A stretch of DNA of 64,000 nt from Candidatus Moraniibacteriota bacterium (GTDB lineage: Bacteria > Patescibacteriota > Minisyncoccia > Moranbacterales > GCA-2747515): positions 321,734 to 385,733 of the forward strand of contig CP175956.1 of assembly GCA_046116545.1 (NCBI GenBank). Direction: 5' to 3'. Made by a program: the position numbers and the translations under genes. Below the pieces are notes generated by a model. That model had not been told where the DNA came from and ran no database searches. It saw only the letters and a list, made by a program, of their open reading frames with translations. Below are positions 8,401 to 19,202 of this stretch, piece by piece. Numbering within the stretch: the first letter of the stretch is position 1; each line of letters begins with the position of its first letter.

Positions 8401-9333
8401 TTAAAAATCTATTTCCAATGTTTCAAGTCGTTTTTTATACTCACTAAACACTTTTGGTCCATGCGGACTTGGTAAAAATACCAGATGTTCATTATTACAC
8501 ATAATTAACGAACCTTCTTTATATGTCTTTGGATTTTTTTTAATTTTGTTATATTGAAGTTTTCTTAACCTTCTTTCAATTAATTTGCTTGAGTAAATTA
8601 TTTCAAAAAACTTCCTAATATTTTTTGTAAAAAAATTATCTGAAGCTGTTAACTCATGTTTTATAGTTGGACATTTGTGATGTGGTTTAAAACTTTTTAT
8701 CCACTTATTTTTTTCACAGAATTCCTCAAAATATCCAGTATCAAAAACTGGAATGATAAATGTATATTCATGTGCAGCAAATATGTCTTGAGTTGGCACT
8801 GTTAGAGATTCTGTAGTTATATGATAATTAAGACAAATTCTATTATTAGTTTTATTTCCATATCTTCTAACTCCTAATATTTGAGTTAATGCTACCATCA
8901 TAAATCTACCTACCCAGATATGTCCGTACTTATATACAATTAAAACATCTAAATCACTATCCTTCTCACAATTATAATAAGATAATCTACCAGTTACACA
9001 AATAGTCCTAACAAATGGACTAATTCGCAAAATAGATACTATTTTTTGTAGTTTTTTCATTTTTATGAAACTAATATATTCCCTACTTCTGCGATAATTA
9101 ATCAAAATATCACGTCCAGCCAAAAAATAAAGTCCATTTTTTTGTGCAATGTATTTTCTAACATGCTTACTGCCCATGGCCTCAATAACACTTGAGAGTT
9201 CCCAAATTTTATTACTATTATCAGAGCTATGCCTTATCAAATATTTCCAAATTTCAAAAGACGTAAGGGGATAATCCAAAACATCATAATAGGTTATTGT
9301 TGCAATTATATTTTTATATAAAATTCTATCCAC
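8401..9333 (-). CDS. hypothetical protein (possible nucleotidyltransferase-fold motif)
   Basis: 310 aa; VTGRLSYYNCEKDSDLDVLIV resembles a G[SG]...DxD pol-beta-type NTase motif; weak. Confidence 0.4.
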   Translation of the reverse strand: MDRILYKNIIATITYYDVLDYPLTSFEIWKYLIRHSSDNSNKIWELSSVIEAMGSKHVRKYIAQKNGLYFLAGRDILINYRRSREYISFIKMKKLQKIVSILRISPFVRTICVTGRLSYYNCEKDSDLDVLIVYKYGHIWVGRFMMVALTQILGVRRYGNKTNNRICLNYHITTESLTVPTQDIFAAHEYTFIIPVFDTGYFEEFCEKNKWIKSFKPHHKCPTIKHELTASDNFFTKNIRKFFEIIYSSKLIERRLRKLQYNKIKKNPKTYKEGSLIMCNNEHLVFLPSPHGPKVFSEYKKRLETLEIDF

Positions 9334-9410
9334 TTTTTTTAAGTAAAAAATAAAATGAGCTTTGCATATTAAATATATGCGAAATACTCATTTTATTTTT
9401 TGTATTTATG

Positions 9411-12242
9411 TTATAAAAACTTTGCTGTTTGACTATTCTTACTTTTTTTCAAATCTTGAGGAGTTCCCTCAAATATAATTTCTCCTCCTCGTACTCCACC
9501 TCCGTGCCCTAGTTCAATTACATGATCTGAATTATTTATCACATCTGAATTATGCTCTACTACTAAAACTGTATTTCCTTTTTCAACTAATGCATCTAGC
9601 ATTTTAAGCAATCTTTTTACATCGTCAAAATGAAGCCCCGTAGTTGGCTCATCCAGAATATACAATGTATTTCCAGTCGTCTTTCTGGCTAATTCAGTTG
9701 CTAATTTTACTCTTTGAGCTTCACCGCCTGAAAGATTTGTAGCGCTTTGACCTAATTTGATATATCCAAGACCAACGTCCTTCATTGCCTTGAGCTTTGC
9801 ACTTATAAGTTTATGCTCTGCAAAAAAAGCTGCTGCATATTCAACACTCATATCCAAGACATCTGCGATAGTTATTCCATTATATTCAACATCTAATACT
9901 TTGCTACTATATCTACTGCCAGAACAAGCCTCACAAGGAGAATACATATCTGGAAGCATATACATCTCAACTTTCACTGAGCCCTCTCCATGACAAACCT
10001 CACATCTGCCACCCTTCATATTAAAACTAAAATAACTAGCGTCAAACTTCTTTTCAATCGCCATTTCAGTTTGTGCAAATAATTCTCTTATATGAGCAAA
10101 TACTCCAGTATATGTAGCTGTGTTTGACCTAGGAGTTCTTCCTATTGGGTCTTGATTTATCATTATAACTTTTTTCACATTCTTTATGCCTTCAATTTTT
10201 TTATGTTTTCCTGGCTCAACCTTAGACCTATGAAATTTCTTTGCTAGTGCTCTTGATAAAATATTATGCACTAAGGTTGATTTCCCACTACCTGACACAC
10301 CACAAACAGTTGTAAAAGTTCCTAATGGAAAATCAACAGATATATTTTGTAGATTATTTTGACTAGCTTCTTTTACTGACAATACCTTACCATCTCCTTT
10401 TCGTATCTGACTCTTTTCTACTACTTTTAAATTACCTGATAAATATTTTGCTGTTGTTGTCTTTGCTTTTTTCATTTCTTGCAAAGTTCCTGCAAAGATG
10501 AGCTCTCCGCCTTCATCTCCAGCTCCTGGACCCATATCAACAATCCAATCCGCTTCTTTCATAACGTCAGAATCATGTTCCACTACAATTAGTGTATTTT
10601 CTGCGCTCTGTAACCCCCTCATAGCTTTAATCAACCTAATGGTATCTTTACTGTGCAAACCTGCTGTAGGCTCATCTAACACATAAATAACACCTGTTAG
10701 ATCTGATTTTATTTGCACTGCCAATCTAATCCTCTGCGCCTCACCACCTGATAACGTACTACTTGTTCTTGAAAGCGATAAATAATCAACTCCAACATCA
10801 CAGAGAGCCTTTACTCGCGAAGTTACCTCATCAATAAGTGAACCAACGGCTTTTTTTTCTTCATCACATAAACCTTCCAATTCCTTAATGGCTGTGATCA
10901 TTTTATAAAAATCACAAAGAGGAGCTTTAACTAAATCATCTATTGACCAATCATTTATTGTAACTGATAAATATTCTTTTTTTAGTCTTTTCCCATCACA
11001 TGTTGAACATTCTTTTTCAATCATGTATTGTTCTAATTCTTTTCTTATATAATCAGATTTTGTATTTTTATATCTTTCTTCTAATTCAAAAACAATACCT
11101 TTGAAGTCACCTTCAAACTCTTTTGGAGCTCCAAAAAAAACAATTGCTAAGCTCTCTTTTGAGAATTTACTCATCGGAGTCGATAACGAAAATTTATATT
11201 TTTTTGCTAGCTTTTGTAAAACACTCTTGTTCTTATTAAAGGCTGTATTTTTACCTCCTGATTTACTCCAAATTTGAATCGCACCCTCTTCCAAAGACAA
11301 TGCTTTATTAGGAATCAAGAGTGCAGCATCTATTTCATTTTTTTTGCCAAGTCCATCACAATCACTACATGCACCCTCTGGGTTATTAAATGAAAAACAT
11401 CTTGGAGTTATTTCAGGCATAGTAAAACTAGTCTCTTTGCAATGAAAATGTTGAGAAAATTCTTGTTCGAAATCTCCTGTTTTTATAATACATAATCCAC
11501 CAGATAATTTCATGGCTGTTTCAATAGAATCCATCACACATTCTCTATCAAAATTCTTTTTCTTGTAAAAAAATCTGTCTACTACTACATCTATTGATAC
11601 AGATACATCATCACTAACAATAAGCATTGCATCAACTACTGGCATTATTTTTCCATTAAATCTAACCCTAGCATAGCCATTCTGTTTTATATTTTTCAAT
11701 ATTTTACTATTTTTCTTATCCTCATCAGTCATTGGCGCAAGTATTACCACACGATCACCATCCTTCATGTTCATAATTCTTGCAACGATTTCACGTGTAC
11801 TTTTCCTCTTAAGAGGTCTACCAGATACTGGGCAATGTGGTACACCTATAACAGTATATAAGATTCTCAAATAGTCATAGACTTCTGTCATTGTCCCCAC
11901 TGTAGATCGCACTGATTTCCCCACACTCTTTTGATCTATTGCAATCGCTGGAGAAATATTTTCAATCTTATCCACATCTGGTTTAGTCATGACACCCATC
12001 ATACTTCTGGCATGTGTAGACAAGCTCTCCATAAATCTTCTATTACTTTCTGCATAAATCACATCAAAAGCTATCGAGCTTTTTCCAGAACCAGAAAGCC
12101 CCGTAACAACAGTTAGTTTATTACGAGGAATATCAACAGAAACATTTTTTAGATTATTTACACGAGCATTAATTATTCGGATGTGGTTTTTTTTATTTTT
12201 TCCAGAAGTTACTTTTTTATTAATTACTTTTTTAGCCACCAT
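9411..12242 (-). CDS. uvrA: excinuclease ABC subunit A
   Basis: 943 aa; two ABC ATPase modules (GLSGSGKSS / GVSGSGKST Walker A; LSGGEAQR signatures twice) and zinc-finger CxxC motifs (CEVCHGEG). Confidence 0.95.
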   Translation of the reverse strand: MVAKKVINKKVTSGKNKKNHIRIINARVNNLKNVSVDIPRNKLTVVTGLSGSGKSSIAFDVIYAESNRRFMESLSTHARSMMGVMTKPDVDKIENISPAIAIDQKSVGKSVRSTVGTMTEVYDYLRILYTVIGVPHCPVSGRPLKRKSTREIVARIMNMKDGDRVVILAPMTDEDKKNSKILKNIKQNGYARVRFNGKIMPVVDAMLIVSDDVSVSIDVVVDRFFYKKKNFDRECVMDSIETAMKLSGGLCIIKTGDFEQEFSQHFHCKETSFTMPEITPRCFSFNNPEGACSDCDGLGKKNEIDAALLIPNKALSLEEGAIQIWSKSGGKNTAFNKNKSVLQKLAKKYKFSLSTPMSKFSKESLAIVFFGAPKEFEGDFKGIVFELEERYKNTKSDYIRKELEQYMIEKECSTCDGKRLKKEYLSVTINDWSIDDLVKAPLCDFYKMITAIKELEGLCDEEKKAVGSLIDEVTSRVKALCDVGVDYLSLSRTSSTLSGGEAQRIRLAVQIKSDLTGVIYVLDEPTAGLHSKDTIRLIKAMRGLQSAENTLIVVEHDSDVMKEADWIVDMGPGAGDEGGELIFAGTLQEMKKAKTTTAKYLSGNLKVVEKSQIRKGDGKVLSVKEASQNNLQNISVDFPLGTFTTVCGVSGSGKSTLVHNILSRALAKKFHRSKVEPGKHKKIEGIKNVKKVIMINQDPIGRTPRSNTATYTGVFAHIRELFAQTEMAIEKKFDASYFSFNMKGGRCEVCHGEGSVKVEMYMLPDMYSPCEACSGSRYSSKVLDVEYNGITIADVLDMSVEYAAAFFAEHKLISAKLKAMKDVGLGYIKLGQSATNLSGGEAQRVKLATELARKTTGNTLYILDEPTTGLHFDDVKRLLKMLDALVEKGNTVLVVEHNSDVINNSDHVIELGHGGGVRGGEIIFEGTPQDLKKSKNSQTAKFL

Positions 12243-12332
12243 ACAATAACAAAAATTTACAAAAATTTAACAACGTTTAGTTATATATACTAAAGCATTT
12301 ATACCAACTGGTCAAGGTAAGCTATTTTTAGT

Positions 12333-12767
12333 TTATTCTATTAATCCCCTTGTCATAAGAGAATCATGTAATTCATCGGACAAAAGTCTATCATGCAATT
12401 GATCAAGAACATAATAATCTTCTGCTTTTTGTGCGACTTTAACAGCATGTGCTACACCTTTAGACATTGCAAGATCAATTAAATTTGTGATTTGTGATTC
12501 TCTATCAACTTCCTTGTGTAAATCACTAGCATCTTGCATTACTGTTTTTTCATCATGGTCTTCTTTTTGTGTTTTGACTTTAGATAATATAGTCTGATAT
12601 GAAGTATCTTTTTCAGATGAACTTTTTTCAAAGGAATGCACTACTTCTTTTTGTTCATTTATCTCATGACCAAAATCATCCTCCGTAATACCAAAACGTT
12701 CTTCTAAACTTAAATGTTCTGAAGATTTAGATTCCATAGAGTTTGAACTTTGAATTTGATCTGCCAT
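12333..12767 (-). CDS. hypothetical acidic protein
   Basis: 144-aa ORF, acidic, no motif. Confidence 0.35.
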   Translation of the reverse strand: MADQIQSSNSMESKSSEHLSLEERFGITEDDFGHEINEQKEVVHSFEKSSSEKDTSYQTILSKVKTQKEDHDEKTVMQDASDLHKEVDRESQITNLIDLAMSKGVAHAVKVAQKAEDYYVLDQLHDRLLSDELHDSLMTRGLIE

Positions 12768-12780
12768 ACTAAAAAATAAA

Positions 12781-13098
12781 TTACAGGTTAGAATCTATCA
12801 TATTCTTTTTTAGGTCTTCAACAGCTTTATTTACTACCTCATCATAATCAGTAAGTTTTTCTCGCAAAAATTCTTCTATACTATCTGGTTCTATATTTTC
12901 AATATTTTCCATCATTTCTTCAAAGTTTTTTCTATCTGATTCAGACAACTTAGTATACGCATCAACTAAGACTCTTTTGATAACTGATTCTGTCATTTTC
13001 TCTATCAATTGTTTTTGATTTTCATCACCAACATCTTCAAAACCAAATTCAGTTGCTATCATCATTTGTATACTTTGTGACATCTCTTTTTGTTCCAT
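12781..13098 (-). CDS. hypothetical acidic protein
   Basis: 105-aa ORF, acidic, no motif. Confidence 0.35.
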   Translation of the reverse strand: MEQKEMSQSIQMMIATEFGFEDVGDENQKQLIEKMTESVIKRVLVDAYTKLSESDRKNFEEMMENIENIEPDSIEEFLREKLTDYDEVVNKAVEDLKKNMIDSNL

Positions 13099-13131
13099 AT
13101 ATTTATATTTTAAATTTTTATTATATTAATT

Positions 13132-16100
13132 TTATGCTGAATAACTAAATACTTCATTAAACTTACCTTGTTCCTTTGCTATTTGAGCTAATCTTTTATA
13201 AAAAGATTTGACTGACTCGTCACCTTGCACTGTTAAATAGTTATCAACATCACTATCATAATTTAACACATTCATTGCATTTTGTTCAAAGGTAAAAAAG
13301 TTTTCTGAAAATGTTCCCTGTAAATTGCCCGTGCTATATATTGGCATATTTAAAATTTCAGAAAAATTCTGTCCATTGCCGAGATTATCCTTAAACATAT
13401 CAGCCATTTGCTCTGCAAATAATTTACTTTCTGTTGGTGTTAATGAATTAAAATCAAATTCAACACTTGCCTCAGCGCTTGATTCAGGTTGCATGTTTGC
13501 AACATCACCTTCACTTTGTTCTACTGCTAACATTCTATCTAGATACTGTCCTACGGTTTCTCCAGACTTTACAATTCCGCCACCATTCTCTTGTCTTATT
13601 GTCTCGCTCTCTTCAACAAATTGGAGAAATTTCTCATCTTCATTCATGAATTGCCCTGCGTTCTTGCTTATAAGAGATTCATAATCAACTCCTGGATACA
13701 TATTTTCCATCAAAGATCTTTTTTCCATATCAATTGATGCTGCTATCATTTCAGCATTTGCTTGCGTTCCTGCATTTCCTGGTTCTGTAATATTTATTTC
13801 ATCTCCACTTACTGCAGTATTTTCACCATTTAATCCAACTATATCTTCACTTCCGCCAGGTTTAACATCTCCCAGTTCTGGTGTTATACTCTCTGTCGCT
13901 AGTATTCCATCAAAATTTTGCCCTGTTTCAATCGCATTCTGTATTGTTTCAGTACTTCCCATTACACTTGTCAAATTCAAATTATTTCCTGGGTAAATTT
14001 TATGTATATCTCCGCTTTCAAATCCAATTCCTTTCAAATTTTCTGAACTCATTGCTGCAAATTTATCTTTCAATTCATCTATGGCCATGGTTTGTTGATC
14101 TTGAGTCATTCCCGCAAGTTGACTATTTGTTTCTAACTGATTTTTTATTATTCCCCAAAGAGTGTCTCCAGATTTTACACCTACAGATACCTCCATCAAT
14201 TCCACATCACTGCCAATCTCTTCAGCAATAGTTGACTCAACTACTGTGCTTTCAGGTAAAGATTCCTCTACCACTACATCACTTTCATAAACACTTGTAT
14301 CAATACTTGTGTCAGATTCTAACACAACCTCTTTCGGAGGTATATTTGCTGTGATATTTTCATCCACTACACCACCTGCAAACATTTTCCCAATATAACC
14401 AGTTGATAACATTGCTGCAGTAGCTCCTAAGCCATATAAAACACGTCGACTTCTTCCAGCAATTTTACCATGAAATTCTTTTTCTAATATTTTGAAGGAA
14501 TCTTCGTCATATCCTTTCAAGCTAGCTAATTGTTGTTCTAAATCCATTTCCTTAAATGCATCTAATGATTTTGTAATATCATTACCCTCTTTATGTTGTG
14601 CTCTAGCCTCAAAACCAGCTGTTACACCAGTACCTAATACGCCAGCTCCCAAGGCTCTTTTTGCAAATGCCATACCCCCAAAAACTGCAGCACCTGTGCC
14701 TGCACCAGTTGCTAGACCTGCCACGAGCAAAGCACCCGATAAAGCTATTTTATATTTTGTATCCCAACCTTTGTATGACTCAATCACCTTTAAGGCCATT
14801 TTTCCAGCACGTGGATATTTTTCCACCTTCACTGCTACTCTATCAGAATATAGATTAATTTTTTCATTTAAGTCAAAAATTTTCAATTCAATCATTGCAT
14901 CTTTTTTCTGCTCTTCTGAAAGCCCTTCTAAACTATCCAATTTTGCATTTCTAAAATTATTTAATGCTTTTTGATAATCATCCCTCATGGAAACTACGTC
15001 ACGATCTTTGTCTGTATTGATATGTCCAAAAGCAGCTTTAATTTTATTTACCATTCCTTCGCTTTTGTAATGGGTTCTTGTGTATAATCTACGAGCATCA
15101 TCAAGAAGCTCTTGTAATTCTTCTAAATTAGATTCGCTCTCTATTTTTTTTGCACCTTCTTTAAATCCATCGTATTCTATTTGCTTCATTTCATTACCCT
15201 CACCCTCAATGATATCTTTCTCTTCATTTCTTACAACTTCAAGTCCGCGTTCATTGACTTCAGAATCAATTTCAACTTCATTTTCTTCCTGTATTTCCTC
15301 AACTACTATACCCGCCTTTTCCAAAATTTCTTTAGCTTTTTTCCCTTGTTGTACAAGTACTTCTACTCTTTTTATATCATTTTCTAACGCATCTCTTTTT
15401 TTGATCAAAACAGCATTCTTATCTGCAGCTAAATCTTCTGCTCCAAATGCTTGTTTACTCTCATAATTTTGTCCACTTGCAATACGTTCATCTATATTTG
15501 CAATCTCATCACGCATTTCTCCAAGCTCTTTCTCTTTGTTTGCAACATCAATGCTGGCATTTTTATGTACAAACTCTGAAATCAACTCCCTTTTCTTCAA
15601 CAGCTCTTTTTGTGCATTTAATTCATCTTTATTTTTTGTTACTGTTTCTTGCCTCTTTAATAACTTATCAACATCTTCTTGTGTTGTAGCTCCTTTATCT
15701 CCCATATCTTTAGTTGATGCTTTCAATGTGCTTTCCATATCAGATACTCGTTTTTTGATATCACTTAATTCATCATTGATTTCTGCTAGATTATTATCAA
15801 TATTTTTTGTATCTTTTTGTTTTAATATATCAGCTATTTCCTCTACTGAAGCAGAATTAACTATATCTGCTGCACTCTGTGGCTTGTACTCTTGAGATTC
15901 TTTTTGTTCAGTTTGATCTTTTGCATTATTTTGTGAAGTTTCAGATTTCATATTTTTTTGTTCTTTATTTTTTTTACCACCATGTTTATCTACTGCTATG
16001 TTTATAGTACTATAAACAGCACCATTAGACAAAATGTCATTAACATACTCAGTTATATCATCAAATTCAATCTCTTCTCTTACAATTCTATTTGAAATTG

Positions 16101-17040
16101 AAACTATTGCACGATCAAAATGTTTTGCCTTTTTCTCCAACTCACTTGCTTCAGTAAATTGGTTTAAATATTTATTTTTTACATCTTCAGATAAAATGAT
16201 TCTAACCTCATTTTTAATTTTGTTCAGGCTAATATGATTATCTATATCTTTGTTTTCTGGACTATCTTGCAACACACCATCTCGTAATTTTATACTTGTC
16301 ATTGCATGTAACTCATTTGCAATTTTTTCTAATTCTACACTTTGTTTATTTGGACTTTTAATTTTAAATGCATTTTGTTTATTTTCTTTTAATTCTGTCA
16401 ATTTTTCATCCAATCTTCTGTTTACAATATCACTATTATTTGTTGCTTTAATATTTTCAAAATGTTTTTTTACATCTTTTTCTAATTGTGCTATTTCATT
16501 TTTTAAGATAACTACCTCTGTTTTTACATCCAGTCTAATATCTTTCTTTCCTTGACTTGCATCACTATGCACTGCTTTATTCACCATTCCGGATAAACCT
16601 TGCGCTAAATCTTTGTTCAAAGCTTTTTGTGCTGTTAACTGCCTCACACTACTATTATTTTTTACATTTTCTTTTAGAGTCTTTATAACTTTATTCAATT
16701 CACTATTTCTAAATCCACCCTCCTCCCTCATCTCATCTCTTATACTATCCCAAAAAATATTTTTATCTTCATTCTTTTTTAGTGTTTCTTGGTACAAATT
16801 AATAGTTTTAATTAAGTGTTGTGAAATTAATTCTTGCTGTTGCGTTGTCAAATTTTCTGCATTGATAATATCAATATTCTCAACTGCAACAACACTATCT
16901 CCATCTTTTATTCGTTTTTCTTCAGCTTCTTCAGCTTTTTGAAAATCACCATCATTAAACTTCAAAGAGTTGCCCGTATCTTGCATAGGATTACTTCCCT
17001 TCAATCCATTTTTCAACATTTCTTCTTGCGATATTCCCAT
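13132..17040 (-). CDS. giant (1302 aa) coiled-coil-rich protein with central Gly-rich TM segments and a LysM-like segment
   Basis: Long uninterrupted ORF; extensive K/E-rich heptad-like stretches; hydrophobic glycine-zipper region ALSGALLVAGLATGAGTGAAVFGGMAFAKRALGAGVLGTGVTAG; LysM-like GDTLWGII. Confidence 0.6.
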   Translation of the reverse strand: MGISQEEMLKNGLKGSNPMQDTGNSLKFNDGDFQKAEEAEEKRIKDGDSVVAVENIDIINAENLTTQQQELISQHLIKTINLYQETLKKNEDKNIFWDSIRDEMREEGGFRNSELNKVIKTLKENVKNNSSVRQLTAQKALNKDLAQGLSGMVNKAVHSDASQGKKDIRLDVKTEVVILKNEIAQLEKDVKKHFENIKATNNSDIVNRRLDEKLTELKENKQNAFKIKSPNKQSVELEKIANELHAMTSIKLRDGVLQDSPENKDIDNHISLNKIKNEVRIILSEDVKNKYLNQFTEASELEKKAKHFDRAIVSISNRIVREEIEFDDITEYVNDILSNGAVYSTINIAVDKHGGKKNKEQKNMKSETSQNNAKDQTEQKESQEYKPQSAADIVNSASVEEIADILKQKDTKNIDNNLAEINDELSDIKKRVSDMESTLKASTKDMGDKGATTQEDVDKLLKRQETVTKNKDELNAQKELLKKRELISEFVHKNASIDVANKEKELGEMRDEIANIDERIASGQNYESKQAFGAEDLAADKNAVLIKKRDALENDIKRVEVLVQQGKKAKEILEKAGIVVEEIQEENEVEIDSEVNERGLEVVRNEEKDIIEGEGNEMKQIEYDGFKEGAKKIESESNLEELQELLDDARRLYTRTHYKSEGMVNKIKAAFGHINTDKDRDVVSMRDDYQKALNNFRNAKLDSLEGLSEEQKKDAMIELKIFDLNEKINLYSDRVAVKVEKYPRAGKMALKVIESYKGWDTKYKIALSGALLVAGLATGAGTGAAVFGGMAFAKRALGAGVLGTGVTAGFEARAQHKEGNDITKSLDAFKEMDLEQQLASLKGYDEDSFKILEKEFHGKIAGRSRRVLYGLGATAAMLSTGYIGKMFAGGVVDENITANIPPKEVVLESDTSIDTSVYESDVVVEESLPESTVVESTIAEEIGSDVELMEVSVGVKSGDTLWGIIKNQLETNSQLAGMTQDQQTMAIDELKDKFAAMSSENLKGIGFESGDIHKIYPGNNLNLTSVMGSTETIQNAIETGQNFDGILATESITPELGDVKPGGSEDIVGLNGENTAVSGDEINITEPGNAGTQANAEMIAASIDMEKRSLMENMYPGVDYESLISKNAGQFMNEDEKFLQFVEESETIRQENGGGIVKSGETVGQYLDRMLAVEQSEGDVANMQPESSAEASVEFDFNSLTPTESKLFAEQMADMFKDNLGNGQNFSEILNMPIYSTGNLQGTFSENFFTFEQNAMNVLNYDSDVDNYLTVQGDESVKSFYKRLAQIAKEQGKFNEVFSYSA

Positions 17041-17070
17041 TTTATTTTTATAAATTTAATATTTCATTTT

Positions 17071-17142
17071 TATGGTATAATTATAGCATATAATAATACT
17101 TACATAGAAACAAAATGGACAAAAATAATAAAATTATACATT
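17071..17142. repeat. duplicated 72-bp segment (promoter plus first 9 codons of the GT39-like gene); remnant copy
   Basis: About 85% identical to 19158-19229; contains TATAAT-like box and a truncated ORF ATGGACAAAAATAATAAAATTATACATTAA (MDKNNKIIH*) paralogous to MNKKNKIIHF of ORF 19203. Confidence 0.6.
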
Positions 17143-17159
17143 AAACTTCGTAATTTTAT

Positions 17160-19136
17160 TTATAAAGAAGCAATAAAATCTTCTTGTTCTTGAATCGTAC
17201 TATCTAATTCTCCCAGACGTCGAAATGTTCCTTTACCAAAGGTGCTGTCAATTAATTTTCCAATTGGAATTATATTACCTGTCATCATACTTTTTACAAA
17301 AACATCAAAAACATCTTCCCTATCTTTAAATGAAGATTTCTTTTTTTTATATATTTTATCGATAATTGTATTCAAAACATGTCTTTCTGTCTCATAAGAA
17401 AGTTTTTGTGTAATTATATCCGGATGAACTCCCATCAATCTCCTTTTTATACTCTGTAATATATTTTCATCTTGAATGGTTGCATATACAGTATCATCAT
17501 CAACCACAGGAACATTATTACTACCTACCACGTCACAATACTTTTTTTTAATCTTCTCAGTTTGTTTTAATTCTTTCTCGAATAAACTATTATGAGAATT
17601 TTGTGAAACAAATCGCTTTGTTAGCTCTTCTGTTAATGCCTCATTTAAATTTACAAAAAACCTTGACTGTCCATCTCTTGAAACTACTTCCAAACCAGTT
17701 CGATAGCTACTTATAATTGGATCAGTTTCTTTTGTGAGCTGTAAAGCTTGATAAGCTTTGAAATGGATTATTTCATGAAATACTACCTGAGCAAATTCAA
17801 TATTAGATTTTTGCTCTTGTAAGGCTACTGCTTGAAAATGCGCACTAAACACTCCTGAACAATCATTTCTATGTTCTGGCCATTTTTCAGCAGGAATGAC
17901 ATGTATATTTTGTGATGGAATATCAAACTCATCCAACCCTTGTTCAGGTCTAATTTTATTAGTCACCTCATTTACAAGAGAAATGATTTGTAATTCCTTC
18001 TCTGTTTTTTCTCTTTCCTTATCTTGCAAATCATCAAAAACTTGATTATTATTAAATACTTCCTTCATGTCCCGAAAAATCTTTTTTCTCTCTAAAGGCG
18101 ATTTAAACCCTACCATGCGATCAATTGAAGATTCTTTTTTATCATCAAGGGTATTATTTTGAAACTCTTGATATAATTTACCAGAAACAACCTTATAACT
18201 ATCATCATCAATCAAGTTTTCAAATGAAAAAATATTTAATATTTCAGAGCTACCTTTTATTTCTAGAATTAAAAAATCTTCCGCTGGATTTTTCATTGCT
18301 ACATATTTTTTTATTTTAAACCCATATTTCAAAGGGCTGTTTCCTACCAGGATATTTGATGTATTGTTCTTTGCGTTTATACAATATGCATCATTCAAAT
18401 TTATATCATATTTTTTCTCAAATTCACGTTCACGTTCCATCTGACTTTGTTCATCACGCTGATTTTCAATCAAATCTCCTTCCGTTTCTTCAGTATTTAT
18501 TGTATCTTTAACAACTTTTTTTTCTTCCTTTACGTCTTTTTCATGACCTTTTTCATTATTCTTAGAAATCTCAATTTCTTCTAGTTCCTTTTCTCTCTCA
18601 TATCCAACACCAACCCAAAGGTTTTCAAATTCGTATTTTGTTATTTGTTTCTCTTCCCCATCCTTTTCTATTACTATATAGTCATCTTCTAGGTATTCTT
18701 CTGATACATATTTTTGTAAGATGAATCCATCAACTGGAAATTCATCTTCATATTTTATATAATCAGCATCAACTCCATATTTTTTTTCAAATTCACGTCG
18801 TCGATTCATTTGATATGGTGTTTCTTCTTTTTCAGACTCAGATTTACTTTTTTCTTCAAGTTTTATATCCTCTTCAATTGATTTAATACCAATAGATTCT
18901 TTAACTTTCTCAATTTTTGCATCTATTTTTTCCTTTTCTGTTTCTTTTTTTTCAATCTTTTCCATAACCTGTATCTTTTTTTCTTCAGCTCTTTTTTTAT
19001 CCATTTTTGCATATAATTCATTCTCACGCACTAAAGAAGCCTCCGATTGACTGATTAATTTGCCTTCTTCAGATTTATTGCGCACCTCTTGTGCTCCTGC
19101 AGCAACCTCTTTTCTAATCTTATCCCAATCTTTCAT
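17160..19136 (-). CDS. coiled-coil protein (658 aa) with a C-terminal-half HExxH motif (possible zincin-like domain)
   Basis: K/E-rich N-terminal half; FAQVVFHEIIHFKAY contains HExxH; otherwise uncharacterised. Confidence 0.5.
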   Translation of the reverse strand: MKDWDKIRKEVAAGAQEVRNKSEEGKLISQSEASLVRENELYAKMDKKRAEEKKIQVMEKIEKKETEKEKIDAKIEKVKESIGIKSIEEDIKLEEKSKSESEKEETPYQMNRRREFEKKYGVDADYIKYEDEFPVDGFILQKYVSEEYLEDDYIVIEKDGEEKQITKYEFENLWVGVGYEREKELEEIEISKNNEKGHEKDVKEEKKVVKDTINTEETEGDLIENQRDEQSQMEREREFEKKYDINLNDAYCINAKNNTSNILVGNSPLKYGFKIKKYVAMKNPAEDFLILEIKGSSEILNIFSFENLIDDDSYKVVSGKLYQEFQNNTLDDKKESSIDRMVGFKSPLERKKIFRDMKEVFNNNQVFDDLQDKEREKTEKELQIISLVNEVTNKIRPEQGLDEFDIPSQNIHVIPAEKWPEHRNDCSGVFSAHFQAVALQEQKSNIEFAQVVFHEIIHFKAYQALQLTKETDPIISSYRTGLEVVSRDGQSRFFVNLNEALTEELTKRFVSQNSHNSLFEKELKQTEKIKKKYCDVVGSNNVPVVDDDTVYATIQDENILQSIKRRLMGVHPDIITQKLSYETERHVLNTIIDKIYKKKKSSFKDREDVFDVFVKSMMTGNIIPIGKLIDSTFGKGTFRRLGELDSTIQEQEDFIASL

Positions 19137-19162
19137 GTAAAATTCAAAAATATAAATTTATG

Positions 19163-19168
19163 ATATAA
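19163..19168 (+). promoter_or_regulatory. candidate -10 box (TATAAT) about 35 nt upstream of the 19203 start
   Basis: Sequence GATATAATTATAACATATAATAATACTTAC in an AT-rich divergent intergenic region; conserved in the duplicated copy at 17071-17142. Confidence 0.3.
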
Positions 19169-19202
19169 TTATAACATATAATAATACTTACTTTAAAATA
19201 AA

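Noticed and set aside
13325-16942. Many plus-strand ORFs (60-160 aa) inside the 13132..17040 region, and similar antisense ORFs at 9757-9993, 10498-10686, 59845-60182, 63094-63357, 63582-63882 and elsewhere
   Set aside because: They lie antisense to long, well-supported genes and have low-complexity Ser/Leu/Phe- or Pro-rich translations typical of the reverse strand of K/E-rich or G/S-rich coding sequence. They are treated as non-coding.
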